DNA of 64,000 nt from Octopus vulgaris. Its lineage: Eukaryota. A model generated the notes under the pieces. The model did no database searches and was not told the DNA's origin. It saw nothing but the letters and a program-made list of their open reading frames with translations. The stretch is from NCBI GenBank assembly GCA_951406725.2, contig OX597835.1, positions 6,820,001-6,884,000 of the forward strand. The letters run 5' to 3'. Both the position numbers and the translations under genes were made by a program. Shown here piece after piece: positions 59,451 to 64,000 of the stretch; the first letter of the stretch is position 1; the number at the start of each line of letters is the position of its first letter.

Positions 59451-59507
<57 letters not shown>

Positions 59508-59531
59508 GTAATAATAATAATAATAATAGTA

Positions 59532-59576
<45 letters not shown>

Positions 59577-59583
59577 GTAATAG

Positions 59584-59657
<74 letters not shown>

Positions 59658-59660
59658 GTA

Positions 59661-59756
<96 letters not shown>

Positions 59757-59759
59757 GTA

Positions 59760-59823
<64 letters not shown>

Positions 59824-59825
59824 TG

Positions 59826-59858
<33 letters not shown>

Positions 59859-59882
59859 GTAATAGTAATAATAATAATAATA

Positions 59883-59952
<70 letters not shown>

Positions 59953-59955
59953 TAA
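59451..59955. repeat. (AAT)n microsatellite, ~500 bp, with AGT/GAT interruptions
   Basis: Directly visible. Confidence 0.95.
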
Positions 59956-60181
59956 TCTTTTTTACTTTAGGCACAAGGTCTGGAGTTTATGGGGAAGTGG
60001 AATACATCAACAACCAATAATTGGCTAGTTCTTATTTTATCGATCTCGAAAGGATGAAAGTCGACGTCGTCGGAATGTGAACTCAGAACGTAGTGGCAGT
60101 CGAAATAATGCTAAGCATTTTGCTCGGCGCGCTAATGGTTCTGCCAGCTCGGCGCGCTAATGGTTCTGCCAGCTCGGCGCC

Positions 60182-60267
<86 letters not shown>

Positions 60268-60459
60268 TGATAATAATGGTTTCAAATTTTGCAGCAAGGG
60301 CAGCCATTTTGAGAGAGGGGACTAGTCAACTACCTCGGCCCCAGTGCATAACTGGTACTTATTTTATCGATCCCGAAAGAATGATAGGCAAAGTCGACCT
60401 CTGCGGAATTTGAACTCAGAACGTAACGGCAGACGAAATACCGCTAGGCATTTCGTCGG

Positions 60460-62000
60460 TCGGAGAGTCTGGTCTCAACGCCAGCCACGACATCTAAATT
60501 TAGTGATCTGAGGTCATTAAGTAGGGGGCTCTGTTTCCTAGGCGACCTCAGGCCACATACATTTATACTACCTATTCTGGACGATGATATAGCTGAAGAA
60601 GGGGAGAGAGCTATTTGCTGCAGTTTTGTTAGGAAGGGGGATAAGTTTTCTGTCCCTAGTTAGATGTGAGCGTTTTCACAAGCAAGTCTTTGTAAATTCC
60701 ATTGTGAGTAATTTTTGTAAATTTTCCTCTGCCATCCGGGTATTTGTTTTTTAACATTATATATTTTGTGTTATTTGTATGATTTTTATGTATGTGTGTA
60801 GGTTGCCGGTGTGATGGAAAATTGCTGTGAGTGATGTCTGTATGGCTGCGTGTGTACTCTATTAGTACTTTGTTGGTCGTGTTTATGGCAGTGAGGTTTA
60901 GTGTTTGTGCGTGTTAGGATTTGTGATCAAACTATTGTGCAAGTGAATAAAGTTGTGTTTGTAGTGGTGATGTCTGCGATAGAAATGGTGGTTTTGATAA
61001 TGATGGTGATGACGACGACAATGTTAGTGCAGCTGCGATTGAGGGTAGTGTCTGAACATTGTTGCCCAAAGACATCTCAATTTGTCCGGATCTGCCAGTT
61101 TTGTGCCAGTGTGATTTTGTTCCTCTTTCTTTTCTGGGCTTTGGTGATAATTCGCCATTTAAGATCCTCTCCATCTCCTTCGTTATAGGACATATCTCAT
61201 ATCTGAATAGTCCGAAGCGGACGACCATGTATTGGTGAGGGATTTGGTGTTTTGTTGAAGTAAATGTTGTTGTTGTTGTTTCGGGGGGGGGGGGTTCTGA
61301 TGCTGTTGTTGTTGTTGGTGGTAGTGGTGGTAGTGTTGCTGCTGCAGATACTGCAGTAATTGTTGTTGCTGCTGTTTTCGTAGCTGTTAGTTTCACTTCC
61401 GTTGTTGGCGATGTGACTTCCTGCCTCCTTTGGTGCTGTTGCTGATGGTTGTTCCAATACTTTTGTATAGAACTGTGGACAAATTACGTTCTTGTTGCAA
61501 AGATCTACGGACATTCCGTTCCACATTTCGCTCGCATTTCTCCAACGTATATTTTGTACTTTTAAATTCACTTTTATTTATAAAAAAATTCTGCACGCAT
61601 TAATTGTCTGACGCCGGTGAAACTGCTCACAGCAGATTTGCATGCTTCGTTTTAATTGTTCTTGCGATTTTCGTTAATGATGTTGGTGGTGGTGGTGGTG
61701 GTGGGTATGCTATTGCAACTGGTGTACTGTTGCCAGTGGTGGTGCTGGTGGTGGAGGTGGCCGTGTTCCCCTTAGGGTTTTTGTTACCTTTTGCTGTCAT
61801 TGATCTCCTTTGTTCTCTGTTCTAAACTTTTTTTGCGGCCAAGCATCACTTTCATACATTTCTAGTGTTGTGTGTGTTGTTGTTGTTGTTGCTGCTGTGT
61901 CATGAACTTTCAATATTTTGTTTTTCTGTTCTGCACATAACTGGCTATTTTTTTCAGCGGCTGAACAATCCTAACCGCTATCTCTCAATATTTTTTTTTT
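60460..62000 (-). mobile_element. 5' portion of a decayed L1/Tx1-like LINE (start of APE endonuclease plus probable ORF1 remnant)
   Basis: 60578-60462 translates RIGSINVCGLRSPRKQSPLLNDLRSLNLDVVAGVETRLS, matching the APE N-terminal motif (NVxGL...DIVxLQET); the ORF1 assignment and right boundary are inferred only from position and A/C skew. Confidence 0.7.
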
Positions 62001-62932
62001 AAATGAGGGTTGTGTTTGCTAAGCAAATCCTAATTCAGCCCCTAAAGGCTACAGATGGAGAAAAACCAACCAGCTCTCTAACATCCCGGGTAGCTTATCG
62101 ATATAACGATAACAGATGTTCAATATATAACTTTGTTTAACAATATAAATGACGTCAAACTTATGGGAGCGTTGTGCAATACATATCGTTAGACGAACAA
62201 CAACAACAATAATAATGAAAATGGGTAGCAATAACATTAACAACACCAGCAAGAATTAGTAACAACAACAAAACTAATAAAAATATCAACGTTGCAACTC
62301 CAAATGTAATTGGTAGATAATGAAAAAAAAAAGAGAAAAATGATAACGAAAACAGCTATAAAAAATATAAAATATGATGCTTGCAATAACAGTAATTGAC
62401 AGCTAATTAACTATACAATTAACAGTAATCAGTAAATAAGTAGAGAATTAACGTTAGTAAGTAAAAATATGTGAATACAATTAACAGTTATAATTGGTTG
62501 CACAGTTATGTAATTAATGGAACAATTACAGTATACAATTAACAACAACGATAACAATTAAATGTAATTATAATTAAGTGTACAAAGGATCAACAAAATT
62601 CCACTCTTACAAGTAGTTTACCTGTTCTCACCTGTCATAATATTGTAATTGTAAATAATATGCTACAGAGAACATCCGGACCGATTCTGGTTTTGTTAGG
62701 TTGTTTGGAATATTTTTTTATAAGAAAGGGGAAGAAAGTGTTGGATGAATACTCCCCACCCCCATACGTTGCTGATACTATTTCGGTATGGGTGAATGGC
62801 AAACGAGATACTAACAATGGGATTAGAACTGAGAGTTTTGTATAATGGAATTTAATCAGTTTCATCATATAGTTTGAGACCAATAGAACAGCTTAGTGGT
62901 TGCCCTTCTGAATAATAATAATAATAATAATG

Positions 62933-62985
<53 letters not shown>

Positions 62986-63100
62986 GATAGTAACAACAAC
63001 AACAATAATAATAATAATAATAATGATAATAATAATAATAATAATAATAACGATAGTAACAACAACAACAACAATAATAATAATAATGATAATAATAATG

Positions 63101-63140
<40 letters not shown>

Positions 63141-63154
63141 TAATAATAATATTC

Positions 63155-63189
<35 letters not shown>

Positions 63190-63247
63190 TAGACATGCAT
63201 GGACGTCTTTATATATACACTAATACATATACATGTATATATAATAC

Positions 63248-63300
<53 letters not shown>

Positions 63301-63402
63301 TTTTGTACGTGTGTATGCATATAAAGATATATACATATATGTATGTCTGCATATATATATATATTCATATGATAAAATATACATAAACATATATATATAT
63401 AC

Positions 63403-63444
<42 letters not shown>

Positions 63445-63459
63445 CATACATAATATATT

Positions 63460-63497
<38 letters not shown>

Positions 63498-63846
63498 TTA
63501 TATATACATATATCACTTGATTTTATGGAACCTTAATGAATATGATGATGATGATGATAATGACGGTAATAATGGCACAGAATGGTGATGACAATAGTGG
63601 TAACTATACGACAACGATGACGACGATGACGATGATGATGATATAGGCACAGGGCCTCAAATTTGGGACAGGGACTAAGTCGGTTACATCAACCCCAGTG
63701 CGTAACTGGTACTTCTTTATTCGACCCCGAAAGGATGAAAGGCAAAGTGGACCTCGGGTGAATTTGAACTCAGAACGTAGCGGCAGGCGAAATATCGCTA
63801 AGCTTCATGCCCAGCGTGCCAACGGTTCTGACTGCTCATCGCCTTA

Positions 63847-63894
<48 letters not shown>

Positions 63895-64000
63895 GTAATA
63901 ATAAAATTTTGGTTCAAGACCAATAATTTGAGGGAAGGTTAAGTAGATTACATCGCCCCAAGTACATAACTGGTGCTTAATTTAAAGACCCCGAATAAAG

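Overview
Eukaryotic, AT-rich, microsatellite-saturated genomic DNA. It is most consistent with an Octopus (coleoid cephalopod) genome; this is inferred from the SINE families and the (TA)n/(CA)n/(AAT)n density. Almost all ORFs in the supplied track are translations of microsatellites. The only confident host coding sequence is the last two exons of a + strand ADAMTS/ADAMTS-like gene: a TSP1-repeat exon at 2187-2331 and a PLAC-domain terminal exon at 3664-3806. The rest is a patchwork of tRNA-derived SINEs, (AAT)n-targeting R4/Dong-like LINE pieces, RTE/CR1/L1-Tx1 remnants, decayed Tc1/mariner elements, a non-autonomous Helitron and Penelope-like palindromes with decayed hammerhead-like motifs. 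Most notable: (1) an isolated, GC-shifted 28S rRNA core fragment (43538-43638, - strand) whose homology breaks at the R2/I-PpoI target region, where ~170 bp of GC-rich hairpin-containing sequence sits; (2) a near-perfect ~1.5 kb nested inverted duplication (44676-46260); (3) a 143 bp duplication flanking an (AAT)n-targeted retroelement; (4) recurrent minimal-hammerhead-like motifs. All family assignments are by eye, with no database search. Many repeat boundaries are approximate.
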